Assembly (NCBI GenBank): GCA_018828505.1
Contig: JAHJVF010000028.1
Coordinates: 1 to 40,805 of the forward strand
Direction: 5' to 3'
Origin: Bacteroidota bacterium
GTDB lineage: Bacteria > Bacteroidota > Ignavibacteria > Ch128b
Length of the DNA: 40,805 bases
Shown: piece after piece, positions 33,029-40,805 of the stretch
Position numbering within the stretch: the stretch's first letter is position 1
Layout of the letters: every line of letters starts with the position of its first letter
Notes under the pieces: model-generated
What the model was told of the DNA's origin: nothing
Seen by the model: only the letters and a program-made list of their open reading frames with translations
Databases searched by the model: none
Position numbers and translations under genes: made by a program

Positions 33029-35764
33029 TTATTTCAATTTAGGTTTGAAATTTCTTAACCGATTTGCATTTGTTACAACAGTTACGGAACTAAACGCCAT
33101 TGCAGCACCGGCAATTAACGGTGATAGCAATAATCCAAAGAATGGATAAAGTAATCCGGCAGCAACTGGAATTCCCAGTCCGTTATAAAAGAATGCGCCG
33201 AAAAGATTTTCTTTTATGTTTTTCATAGTCGCTTTAGAAAGTTGAATTGCAAGAACAACTCCTTTTAAGCTTCCTTTGATTAAGGTAATATCAGAAGCCT
33301 CAATTGCTACATCTGTTCCAGTGCCAATTGCTAATCCTATATCAGCTTGAGCAAGAGCAGGGGCATCGTTTATTCCATCACCAACCATCGCAACTTTTTT
33401 CCCTTCATTCTGAAGTTTCTGAACATTGAATGCCTTGTCTTCTGGAAGAACTTCAGCTAGGACTCTATCAATTCCAACCTGTCTGGCAATAGCGTTTGCT
33501 GTTCGGCTGTTATCACCGGTTATCATAACAACCTCCAAACCTAATTTTTTCAACTGAGCGATTGCTTCTTTCGAATCAGCTTTTATTGTATCGGCAACCG
33601 CAATTATGCCGGCAGCTTTGTTGTCAATAGCAACGAACATCGGAGTCTTTCCGTCATCAGCTAGGTGAGTGCTTTTTTCTTCGAGTCCACCAAGATCGAT
33701 ATTAAACTTTTTCATCATCTTAAGATTGCCTAAATAAATCTTGCGTCCATTTACATTGGCTTTAACACCATGACCCGGGACAGCGTTAAACTCATTCGGA
33801 TCGACTAGAGTAATTCCTTTGTCAATAGCTCCTTTAACAATTGCTTCAGCTAATGGATGTTCGGATACTTTCTCAACACTTGCACTGAGGGAGAGTACTT
33901 CTTCTTCAGTGAAGTCATTCGCAACGATAACATCTGTTAGCGAAGGTTTGCCTTCTGTGATAGTTCCGGTTTTATCAAGTACAATAGTATTTAGCTTCTG
34001 AGCAGTCTCTAATGCTTCGCCGCTTCTAATCAATATTCCATTCTCAGCACCTTTACCAACTCCAACCATTAATGAAATTGGCGTTGCAAGACCAAGCGCG
34101 CACGGGCAGGCAATTACCAAAACGGTAACAAATACAATCAAAGAATAAATAAGTTGCGGTTCTGGACCAAAAACATACCAAACAACAAACGATAAAATTG
34201 CTGCGATGACTACTCCCGGTACAAAGTATCCCGAAACTTGATCAACTATTTTTTGAATTGGCGCTTTAGAACTCTGAGCCTGTTCAACCATTTGAATTAT
34301 TTGAGCAAGAGCAGTGTCTTTCCCAACTTTTGTAGCTTTGAACTTGAAAGAGCCTGTCTTATTTATTGTTGCTCCAATTACTTCGTCTCCAAGGTTCTTT
34401 TCGACCGGAATTGCTTCACCAGTTATCATTGATTCATCTACTGACGAAGAACCGTCGATCAGTGTTCCATCTACAGGAATTTTTTCACCTGGCCTAACTA
34501 AAATAATTTCATCTAATACAACTTCTTCAACCGGAATATCTAAATCTTTTCCATCTCTTATAACGCGTGCAGTTTTAGCTTGAAGACCAATTAATTTTTT
34601 AATTGCTTCAGAACTTTTTCCCTTAGCTCGAATTTCTAAAGCCATTCCTAAAACTACTAAAGCTACAACTACAAATATTACATCGAAGAACTGATCCGCT
34701 AATTCAGCTTTGGGAAAAACTGACGGGAAGTAAGTAGCAATAACTGAGTAGAGAAACGCAGCAGTAATACCGGTTGCAATAAGTGTGTGCATATTTGCAG
34801 ACCTGTTTTTGAATGCAGCCCAAGCTCCTGTATAAAATTGTGAGCCGGACCAGAACATTACTGGCAAGCTGAGCAAACTCATCGCTACCCAGATATATCT
34901 CAATATTGGAGACCCCATTTGAAATTGTTCGGGTAAACCCCAGACAGTCGGGTAACTGAAAAATATTACCGGCAGAGATAAAATCGCAGCGAAAATAAAT
35001 TTATTCATAAGGGTCTTATATTCTTTTTCGCGGGCGGCTTGGTTCTCATCAACCGGTTCTTCCCTGCCTGCGCCTGCCTGCGCAGGCGGGCGGGCAGGTT
35101 TTTGTTCTTTTCCATCTTCCTTTGGCTTAACTCCCGAAGTATCAAACGTTTTGTAACCAAGTTTTTCAATTACTTTTTTAATTTCGTTAACATTTATTGA
35201 GCCGGGCACATAATTAATTAATGCTGATTCACTTCCGAGATCGATGCTCGCAGAAATTATTCCTTTTGTCTGGGCGAATTCCTTTTCAATTTTTGTTACA
35301 CACGAGCCGCAGTGCATTCCGTTAATTCCAAGTTTGAGCGTTGACATCCCAGCTTGGTAGCCGGCATTTTTTACTGCGGAAATAATTTCGGAAGTAGATG
35401 TTTCTGCATTTTTAAATTCTACAAAAGCTGTTTCCGAAGCGTAGTTTACAACAGCCGATTTTATACCCGGCAATTTCTTGATCTCTTTCTCAATAGTATT
35501 TACACAAGTTGAACAGCTTAATCCTTGTATTTGCAGTTGTAATTTTTCAATGCCATCTATTGTTGTTCTGTTTGAAGCTTCACTGCTTTGTTTGTGCACA
35601 AATTCATTCGGGTTCAGCTCAAATTTATTCTTGCAATTATCAGAACAAAAATCGAATCTCTTTCCATTCGTATCTAGAAAATATTTCGAAGGCGACTTCA
35701 CTTCCATTCCGCACACTGGATCGTGAACCGGATAATTTTTTGTTGAAGAGCCGTTATTAGACAT
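33029..35764 (-). CDS. copA: Copper-translocating P1B-type ATPase with an N-terminal YHS/TRASH domain and two HMA domains
   Basis: CGMEV...FCSDNC, GLSCSTC and GMHCGSC metal-binding domains. CPC motif ([11 protein letters not shown]), [15 protein letters not shown]. Confidence 0.95.
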   Translation of the reverse strand: MSNNGSSTKNYPVHDPVCGMEVKSPSKYFLDTNGKRFDFCSDNCKNKFELNPNEFVHKQSSEASNRTTIDGIEKLQLQIQGLSCSTCVNTIEKEIKKLPGIKSAVVNYASETAFVEFKNAETSTSEIISAVKNAGYQAGMSTLKLGINGMHCGSCVTKIEKEFAQTKGIISASIDLGSESALINYVPGSINVNEIKKVIEKLGYKTFDTSGVKPKEDGKEQKPARPPAQAGAGREEPVDENQAAREKEYKTLMNKFIFAAILSLPVIFFSYPTVWGLPEQFQMGSPILRYIWVAMSLLSLPVMFWSGSQFYTGAWAAFKNRSANMHTLIATGITAAFLYSVIATYFPSVFPKAELADQFFDVIFVVVALVVLGMALEIRAKGKSSEAIKKLIGLQAKTARVIRDGKDLDIPVEEVVLDEIILVRPGEKIPVDGTLIDGSSSVDESMITGEAIPVEKNLGDEVIGATINKTGSFKFKATKVGKDTALAQIIQMVEQAQSSKAPIQKIVDQVSGYFVPGVVIAAILSFVVWYVFGPEPQLIYSLIVFVTVLVIACPCALGLATPISLMVGVGKGAENGILIRSGEALETAQKLNTIVLDKTGTITEGKPSLTDVIVANDFTEEEVLSLSASVEKVSEHPLAEAIVKGAIDKGITLVDPNEFNAVPGHGVKANVNGRKIYLGNLKMMKKFNIDLGGLEEKSTHLADDGKTPMFVAIDNKAAGIIAVADTIKADSKEAIAQLKKLGLEVVMITGDNSRTANAIARQVGIDRVLAEVLPEDKAFNVQKLQNEGKKVAMVGDGINDAPALAQADIGLAIGTGTDVAIEASDITLIKGSLKGVVLAIQLSKATMKNIKENLFGAFFYNGLGIPVAAGLLYPFFGLLLSPLIAGAAMAFSSVTVVTNANRLRNFKPKLK
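35062..35098. repeat. GC-core hairpin (CCTGCC TGCGCCTGCC tgcgca GGCGGGC GGGCAGG) embedded in frame in copA
   Basis: Same core words as the 1-780 repeats. Folds as 8 bp, a 2-nt bulge, then 6 bp. Encodes [12 protein letters not shown] in the linker between HMA2 and the first TM. Confidence 0.75.
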
Positions 35765-35787
35765 TACTTCTCCTATTTATTTGCTTA

Positions 35788-36012
35788 TTAAATTAAATCC
35801 TTTTTTATTCTGTCGAACTCTTCTTTTGATATTTCTCCGCGTGCATTACGTTTATTTAGAATATCCAAAGCAGATTCGTTCAAATTTTGTTTGAAAATTT
35901 CAGACTGCTTTTGATTAGAAACTTTGTAAATTAAATAAGCTATGGTGCCTATAATTATTAACCAAATAATCCAACCGAAACCCATCATTTCAAAACCCAT
36001 ATCATGAAACAT
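35788..36012 (-). CDS. SHOCT-domain small membrane protein (paralog 2)
   Basis: 74 aa. MFHDMGFEMMGFGW, then one TM, then RGEISKEEFDRIKKDL SHOCT motif. Confidence 0.8.
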   Translation of the reverse strand: MFHDMGFEMMGFGWIIWLIIIGTIAYLIYKVSNQKQSEIFKQNLNESALDILNKRNARGEISKEEFDRIKKDLI

Positions 36013-36079
36013 TGTCTACTCCTTTCTTTCTTAATAAAGGAGGGGAGAATTAAATCTTCCGCTTCCTTAAACATAATAA

Positions 36080-36478
36080 TTACTTTTTATGATGTGAATC
36101 ATGTTCTGATTTATTCATAGTCTTTGTGCTGTCACTCTTCATCATATCATGATTCATCTTCTTGCCATCCATCATACCTCCTTCTCCTTGCATCATTTTC
36201 ATCATCATCTTATGCATTTCCGGATTATCCATCATCATTTTGCACATTTGCATCATACCTGTTGAATCCACTTTTGTATGATCCATCATTTTTTGCATCA
36301 TCATTCCACGCATATGGCTGTCGGATGCAATCTTATCCATGCATTTCTGCATGTCCTCACTCTGAGCTTGAGTTTGTTTGTCTTTCTTTTCAGAAGATTT
36401 TTCTTGTGCGCGTACAAATAGCACAGAGGATAACATTAATGTAATTACTGCCGCGATAAAAAAACTTTTCTTTAACAT
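36080..36478 (-). CDS. Secreted methionine/histidine-rich protein (putative periplasmic Cu(I)-binding protein)
   Basis: Signal peptide MLKKSFFIAAVITLMLSSVLFVRAQE. About 28 Met in 132 aa by my count, in MMM, MMxH and HxMM clusters. C-terminal HDSHHKK. Confidence 0.7.
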   Translation of the reverse strand: MLKKSFFIAAVITLMLSSVLFVRAQEKSSEKKDKQTQAQSEDMQKCMDKIASDSHMRGMMMQKMMDHTKVDSTGMMQMCKMMMDNPEMHKMMMKMMQGEGGMMDGKKMNHDMMKSDSTKTMNKSEHDSHHKK

Positions 36479-36663
36479 GACTTACTCCATTTTAATTTTT
36501 TGATTGAAATATATAAGCAATTGCTCAACATGTGTGCCAGGCTAAAACAGCTTTTTACCCTCTATAATCAACTTTTTATTCGGCTGGATTTAAAATATTT
36601 AAAACAAAGTTCAATTATTTGAAAAATGATTCAATATATTTCTACAAATAAATCTGCTTTGAT

Positions 36664-37050
36664 TTACAATCTATCAATTACTTTTTTTAGTTTAGATTGA
36701 ATCTCTAATGCAATATCACCCAATGATTCGTTATTAATTGCCTGCATAGAAGCAACAGGGTCAACGGCTGCAACTTCAATTTTATTTTCTTCCTGCTCAA
36801 TAACGATAACATTGCACGGCAGCATAGCTCCTATTTTGTCTTCGGCTTGCAGCGCTTTGTAAGCAAAGGGCGGATTACAAGCGCCTAAAATTCTATACTT
36901 CTTGAAATCAACATCCAGTTTCTTTTTTAAAGTTTCTTTTACATCAATCTCGGTGAGTATTCCAAAGCCTTCCTTTTTCAATTCGTCGGTGACTTTTTGA
37001 ATAGCATCTTCGAAAGTCGAATTAATTGTTTTTGTGAAATAATAATTCAT
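36664..37050 (-). CDS. DUF302 domain protein
   Basis: GFGILTEIDVKETLKKKLDVDFKKYRILGACNPPFAYKAL is the characteristic DUF302 core. Confidence 0.8.
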   Translation of the reverse strand: MNYYFTKTINSTFEDAIQKVTDELKKEGFGILTEIDVKETLKKKLDVDFKKYRILGACNPPFAYKALQAEDKIGAMLPCNVIVIEQEENKIEVAAVDPVASMQAINNESLGDIALEIQSKLKKVIDRL

Positions 37051-37062
37051 TTTGATTCTCCT

Positions 37063-38250
37063 TTATTTTATGTAACCATGCTCTAAGTTTAAGATTGACT
37101 CTCTGTCGTCAAATTGATTATTCCAAATTTGATCTATTGCAAAAATCATTGCTAATTGAATTCTGTGTTCTTTAGCCGGTAAAAGATTGGCTAAATCTCC
37201 CGTATTTTTTTTGAACTGGTATTGAATGCCGACATCAAAATTTTCACCTAATCTATAGAAAGAGTTTGCTACAAACTGAATTTGCTTTGAATTATTTGAT
37301 AAGTCGGGGAATGTTTTAAATCCACCGTAAAAGGATATTTGCAAAGCGGGTCTTTCCAACACTCTTAGTAAATATCTTGGTCCAAAGAAAATAGAAAGAG
37401 ATTTTGCTTCTGCAATATCTTTATAATTAGAAATAGATGTGATTTCCGAAAAACCATTATTGTAGATTGCTTGTAATCTGAAGTCAACAAAGTTAACCGG
37501 ATCTGGAACAACATTTATAATTGTTGAAAAGATCACATTTTTTAGAAGTTTGTCGAATTGATTGCTGTAACCTTGCCTATCTGTAAGAAAATTATTGAAT
37601 GAAACGCCTATTTGTTGAAGAACATCTCTATTCCATAATTGGCTTTGCGGAATTCTATACTCAAACGAAAATCCAAGAGCGTTCATACTAAAATCTGTTT
37701 CGGCTGCACCGGTTGTAAGGGTTGATTTTGTAAAATGTTCTCCGTGCACTGTTAGCCAGTACCGTTGTCCAAAAATGTGAGTATACTCAATAACATTTCC
37801 AAATTGATTGTCTTCAGTATTAGTGCCATTAGAATAGGGATTCAGCACATCGGTAAGTTTTAAAGCATCATCGTCTCTGAGTGTAGCGAAGTCAATCAAT
37901 GAACTTTTTACTCTGCTTCTTCCAAGTTTTATTATATTGTTTTGATCTTCGAGTTTGATGAAAACTTGATGAAAAAATATTTGTCCAAGATCAGAGTCTG
38001 CATCCGGAAATTGAAACCCAAGAACAAATTGACCTCTAAAATCATTATACATTTTCTGTCTAAAGCCCAGTAGAAAACCGCTGTCCGAGAAATCATTTAT
38101 CGCGGAAGACTTTGCATTATTAGTAATATCATTGTTAATGGAAAACACACCGCGTGCGCCTAATTGGATTTCGGGATTCACTTGCGCTATGCCTAAATTT
38201 GATATTAAAAAAATACATAGAACAATTGTTCCGAGTATTACTTTTTTCAT
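37063..38250 (-). CDS. Putative outer-membrane beta-barrel/porin-like protein
   Basis: Signal peptide, alternating hydrophobic beta-strand pattern, no recognised motif. Sits 12 nt upstream of the DUF302 gene. Confidence 0.5.
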   Translation of the reverse strand: MKKVILGTIVLCIFLISNLGIAQVNPEIQLGARGVFSINNDITNNAKSSAINDFSDSGFLLGFRQKMYNDFRGQFVLGFQFPDADSDLGQIFFHQVFIKLEDQNNIIKLGRSRVKSSLIDFATLRDDDALKLTDVLNPYSNGTNTEDNQFGNVIEYTHIFGQRYWLTVHGEHFTKSTLTTGAAETDFSMNALGFSFEYRIPQSQLWNRDVLQQIGVSFNNFLTDRQGYSNQFDKLLKNVIFSTIINVVPDPVNFVDFRLQAIYNNGFSEITSISNYKDIAEAKSLSIFFGPRYLLRVLERPALQISFYGGFKTFPDLSNNSKQIQFVANSFYRLGENFDVGIQYQFKKNTGDLANLLPAKEHRIQLAMIFAIDQIWNNQFDDRESILNLEHGYIK

Positions 38251-38278
38251 TTCTTCTCCTCAATAACTATTTAAAAAA

Positions 38279-39487
38279 TTATTCGTCAAGAGCTACTTTT
38301 GGCAGCATATTCATTGGTTGATTTTTCATGTCCATTTTCATTCCGGGCATAGTTTCTACCATTCTCTCTTCCATAGGTAAATCTTCATAAACAAGCGCCA
38401 ACAAATTTCCACCCGGGTAAAGCCCGTTGTTGGTAACGCGTCTTGTATCGTGATCGTGAAATGTCCATAGACCTCTGTTTTTTCCCTCAATAATTATATC
38501 GATAGTTTTACCGGGACTAAGTCTAACCGTGTTCATTTGCCATGGTGTGGGAATAGGAAGCCCGTCATCACAAACCTGCCAAAAATCATGTCCGTGTAAA
38601 TGTAAATAGTGTTCTTCACCGCCAGCATTGATTAAACGCACTCTAATATTTTCATTTTCTTTAATATATAGATTAGGGGTAGAAGGATAAGATTTGCCGT
38701 TCACTGTAAAGAAGTTTGGCTGCGGTAGTTCTGCGGATGATCTTCTATTAACTGTATAAGGTGGCTTGTAACCTTCTTCAATATGTGCGTTCAAATCTTC
38801 TTTAGAATCGAATAGGTTGAATCTTTCTTTATCGAAACGACCACTCATCATTAAATAGGAGCGTTCCTTCATTCGTGTAATCATTCCGTTGAGCTCATTT
38901 CTAATATAATTAGTATCGTGCGCGGAATAGATTAAGGTATATTCTCGTTCGTATGGAAATCTCTTTTTGATCGGGTCATCCGGATCTTCGATAATTAAAC
39001 TGCCAAACATACCCGATTGCATATGCAATAACGTTCCCCAATGGCAATGATAAAAATGAGTTCCGTACGGTTCGGCAGTAAATTCATAAACGAATGTTTG
39101 TCCCGGCATCACCGGCATTTGAGTTACATACGGCACGCCGTCCATTCGCCATGGCACATGCATTCCATGCCAATGAATAGTATGGTTTAACTCGGTTCTG
39201 TTGATAAAGTTTACTTTTACTTTATCACCTCTATTTACTCTTAATTCAGGTCCAGGTATTTGGTTGTTAAATGCTAGGGTATGGAACTTAAAGCCGGGTA
39301 CAATTTCTTGTACGGCTATATCAATAAATATTTGAAATTCTTTAGTATCTCCGACTAATTTGGGCTTAACAGCCTGAGGAAATTTTTTCTTGTTATTTTC
39401 AATTACAGATTTAGAAAATAATGTTTGCGGAGTAACAGCTGCAGCCGATAGTGCGGCACCCGTATATAAAAATTTTCTTCTATTCAT
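38279..39487 (-). CDS. Tat-exported two-domain multicopper oxidase with a Met-rich C-terminal tail
   Basis: MNRRKFLYTGAALSAAAV Tat signal. HTIHWHG and YHCHWGTLLHMQSGM in the N-terminal half; HYLHLHGH and WTFHDHD in the C-terminal half. GGAG lies 7 nt upstream of ATG 39487; the ORF track starts at TTG 39499. Confidence 0.85.
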   Translation of the reverse strand: MNRRKFLYTGAALSAAAVTPQTLFSKSVIENNKKKFPQAVKPKLVGDTKEFQIFIDIAVQEIVPGFKFHTLAFNNQIPGPELRVNRGDKVKVNFINRTELNHTIHWHGMHVPWRMDGVPYVTQMPVMPGQTFVYEFTAEPYGTHFYHCHWGTLLHMQSGMFGSLIIEDPDDPIKKRFPYEREYTLIYSAHDTNYIRNELNGMITRMKERSYLMMSGRFDKERFNLFDSKEDLNAHIEEGYKPPYTVNRRSSAELPQPNFFTVNGKSYPSTPNLYIKENENIRVRLINAGGEEHYLHLHGHDFWQVCDDGLPIPTPWQMNTVRLSPGKTIDIIIEGKNRGLWTFHDHDTRRVTNNGLYPGGNLLALVYEDLPMEERMVETMPGMKMDMKNQPMNMLPKVALDE

Positions 39488-39920
39488 AAGAATCTCCAAG
39501 TTAAATTATTTTAATAAAATGAAGTAAATTATTCATCATTTCTTATTGAAGATAATCAATTGAGTATTCATTTTTTCATAAGATGGTTTACTCTGTCAAT
39601 CTTGTCAAAATGAAGGTACACAAGTTGAGCATATTGTATAATTTACAAACTATTCTCGTATTCTTTTTCAATTCCACATTGTCATTGTTCCCACCGTGCA
39701 TCATCTCCTTTTCTCCTACAATGCAGGCACAAAGTGCAATGATGAAATATTATCAGTAATAAACAGCAATGAGAGTTTAATATATTTACTCATCGGCTCA
39801 CCATTTGATTTTGAATAGAACACTAATTAAAAATATTTCGCTTGCAAATTCTTGGCACATCGGTTCTGCTTTTTGAATTTGCAATTAATTCTAATCGAGT
39901 ATCGGTTATACCCGAGGGCG

Positions 39921-40520
39921 CTAATGTGCTAACACTCCGCCAAGAAAACCTGTAATTGAAATTCCGATTACTACTATTAAACCTATTACCCATGCGGATT
40001 TCTTTGTCCGTTCAATAAATAACGCAATAAACCAAGTTAGAATAAAAATTGTAGTAATTATTCCGCTTAAACGATGCGTGTACGCCAGCCATTCTTTTGG
40101 ATCTCCGATAAATGGCACCAGTTGTGTATTGCCTGTGAAAAATGCGGCAATTGCTGACCCGAGCGATAAAGCTAAAAGGATTTTAATTACTAAATCGTAA
40201 TTACTTTTTTTGATATTGAGAAGCGAAAACAAAAACGCAACAAGTGTTAAAGCAATAGGGAAGTGAACGATTTTATTATGAAGATGTGCTAACATCTGTT
40301 CACCCGGTTTTAGGATAAATTCCGGCTCTTGTGTCTCTACCGGTTCTTCATTATTAATCGCTTTGCCAACCGCCATTCCATTTACGGCAATTGTATCTTT
40401 ACCGACCAGCGTGATCGTATCCTGTTTGGTAGTTTTATTTTCGTGTTTACCTTCATGCGCAAAGACAATATTTGAATTCACAACACATACAAATAAAACA
40501 AGAAATAATAACCGTTGCAT
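39921..40520 (-). CDS. DUF2231-like integral membrane protein with an N-terminal signal and a His-rich segment
   Basis: HNKIVHFPIALTLVAFLFSLL resembles the DUF2231 signature. Four TM segments. Confidence 0.55.
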   Translation of the reverse strand: MQRLLFLVLFVCVVNSNIVFAHEGKHENKTTKQDTITLVGKDTIAVNGMAVGKAINNEEPVETQEPEFILKPGEQMLAHLHNKIVHFPIALTLVAFLFSLLNIKKSNYDLVIKILLALSLGSAIAAFFTGNTQLVPFIGDPKEWLAYTHRLSGIITTIFILTWFIALFIERTKKSAWVIGLIVVIGISITGFLGGVLAH

Positions 40521-40543
40521 TTCTGTTCCTTTCGCAATTGATC

Positions 40544-40805
40544 TATAATTTAATTCTTATTCTGCCGGATAGAGTAAAATCCGGTGCAAAGTTTCCGATA
40601 CCTGCCGAGCCGATTAATGAAACAATAATGGTTTCACTCGCTCTGTAATTTCCGCCTAATGAAACTTGTTGTGGCGCATCGTATTCATCTAATATTTTGG
40701 TATAACCAGTGTAATACAGCAATAGTGAATATTCACCGTGATTGAAAAATTTACCGATGCCTAAACCATAAGTAATTGGATTCTTGTAACTGATCGAGGA
40801 AGGAT
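40544..40805 (-). CDS. 3' end of a gene running off the window; C-terminus looks like an outer-membrane beta-barrel
   Basis: My own translation of the open minus-strand frame: ...YKNPITYGLGIGKFFNHGEYSLLLYYTGYTKILDEYDAPQQVSLGGNYRASETIIVSLIGSAGIGNFAPDFTLSGRIRIKL*. Stop at 40544-40546. Confidence 0.45.

Noticed and set aside
36124-36444. 106-aa plus-strand ORF antisense to the Met-rich gene
   Set aside because: It is a Ser/His/Tyr-rich product of reading CAT/CATCAT repeats in the opposite sense. The minus-strand gene has a signal peptide and fits the operon orientation.
39540-39790. Two short minus-strand ORFs upstream of the multicopper oxidase (MSKYIKLSLLFITDNISSLHFVPAL, and MMHGGNNDNVELKK... 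preceded by AAGGAG)
   Set aside because: They are 25 and 38 codons long in AT-rich DNA, with no recognisable motif and no way to test conservation here. Mentioned only as a place to look if leader peptides are sought.

Overview
AT-rich bacterial chromosomal segment. My guess is an Ignavibacteria/Bacteroidota-like (FCB group) organism, based on the FISUMP-domain gene and overall gene content. All homology calls come from reading the supplied translations and recognising motifs by eye; no searches were run. The window has three blocks. (1) 0.8-20.7 kb holds housekeeping genes and a large selenium-dependent molybdenum hydroxylase / anaerobic purine-catabolism type cluster: ssnA, a three-subunit xanthine-dehydrogenase-like enzyme, ygfK, ygeY, ygeW, a ThrC-like PLP enzyme, mocA/ygfJ and an xdhC-like maturation factor. 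A mazEF-type toxin-antitoxin cassette lies just upstream of it, and a very AT-rich islet encoding an SDH-family Clp-fold serine protease interrupts it. (2) 20.75-31.7 kb is an accessory patch bounded by two tyrosine-integrase fragments. It contains a FISUMP-domain pseudogene split by a 62-nt hairpin element, an AbiEi/AbiEii abortive-infection pair, and a TlpA-like thioredoxin protein. It also contains the most unusual locus in the window: an SLC12/cation-chloride-cotransporter-like permease that lacks TM8 and is frameshifted. That permease runs on into a roughly 950-aa helical extension with a P-loop STAND/ORC-like ATPase, and is translationally coupled to a small MscS-like channel. (3) 31.7-40.8 kb is a copper-resistance island entirely on the minus strand: two SHOCT paralogs, a Rieske protein, a YHS mini-protein missing from the ORF track, a cupredoxin, CopA, a Met-rich periplasmic protein, DUF302, a porin, a two-domain multicopper oxidase, a DUF2231-like protein and a partial OMP. 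Several families of GC-rich hairpin repeats are superimposed on all three blocks. Their core words are GCCTGCC/GGCGGGC/GGCAGG and CCGAAGG/CCTTCGG, plus hairpins built from 9-nt units. They fill the first 780 bp, recur at the 30.85-31.05 kb island junction, and appear to sit in frame inside two intact genes (copA and the xdhC-like gene). No rRNA, tRNA or CRISPR array was found.
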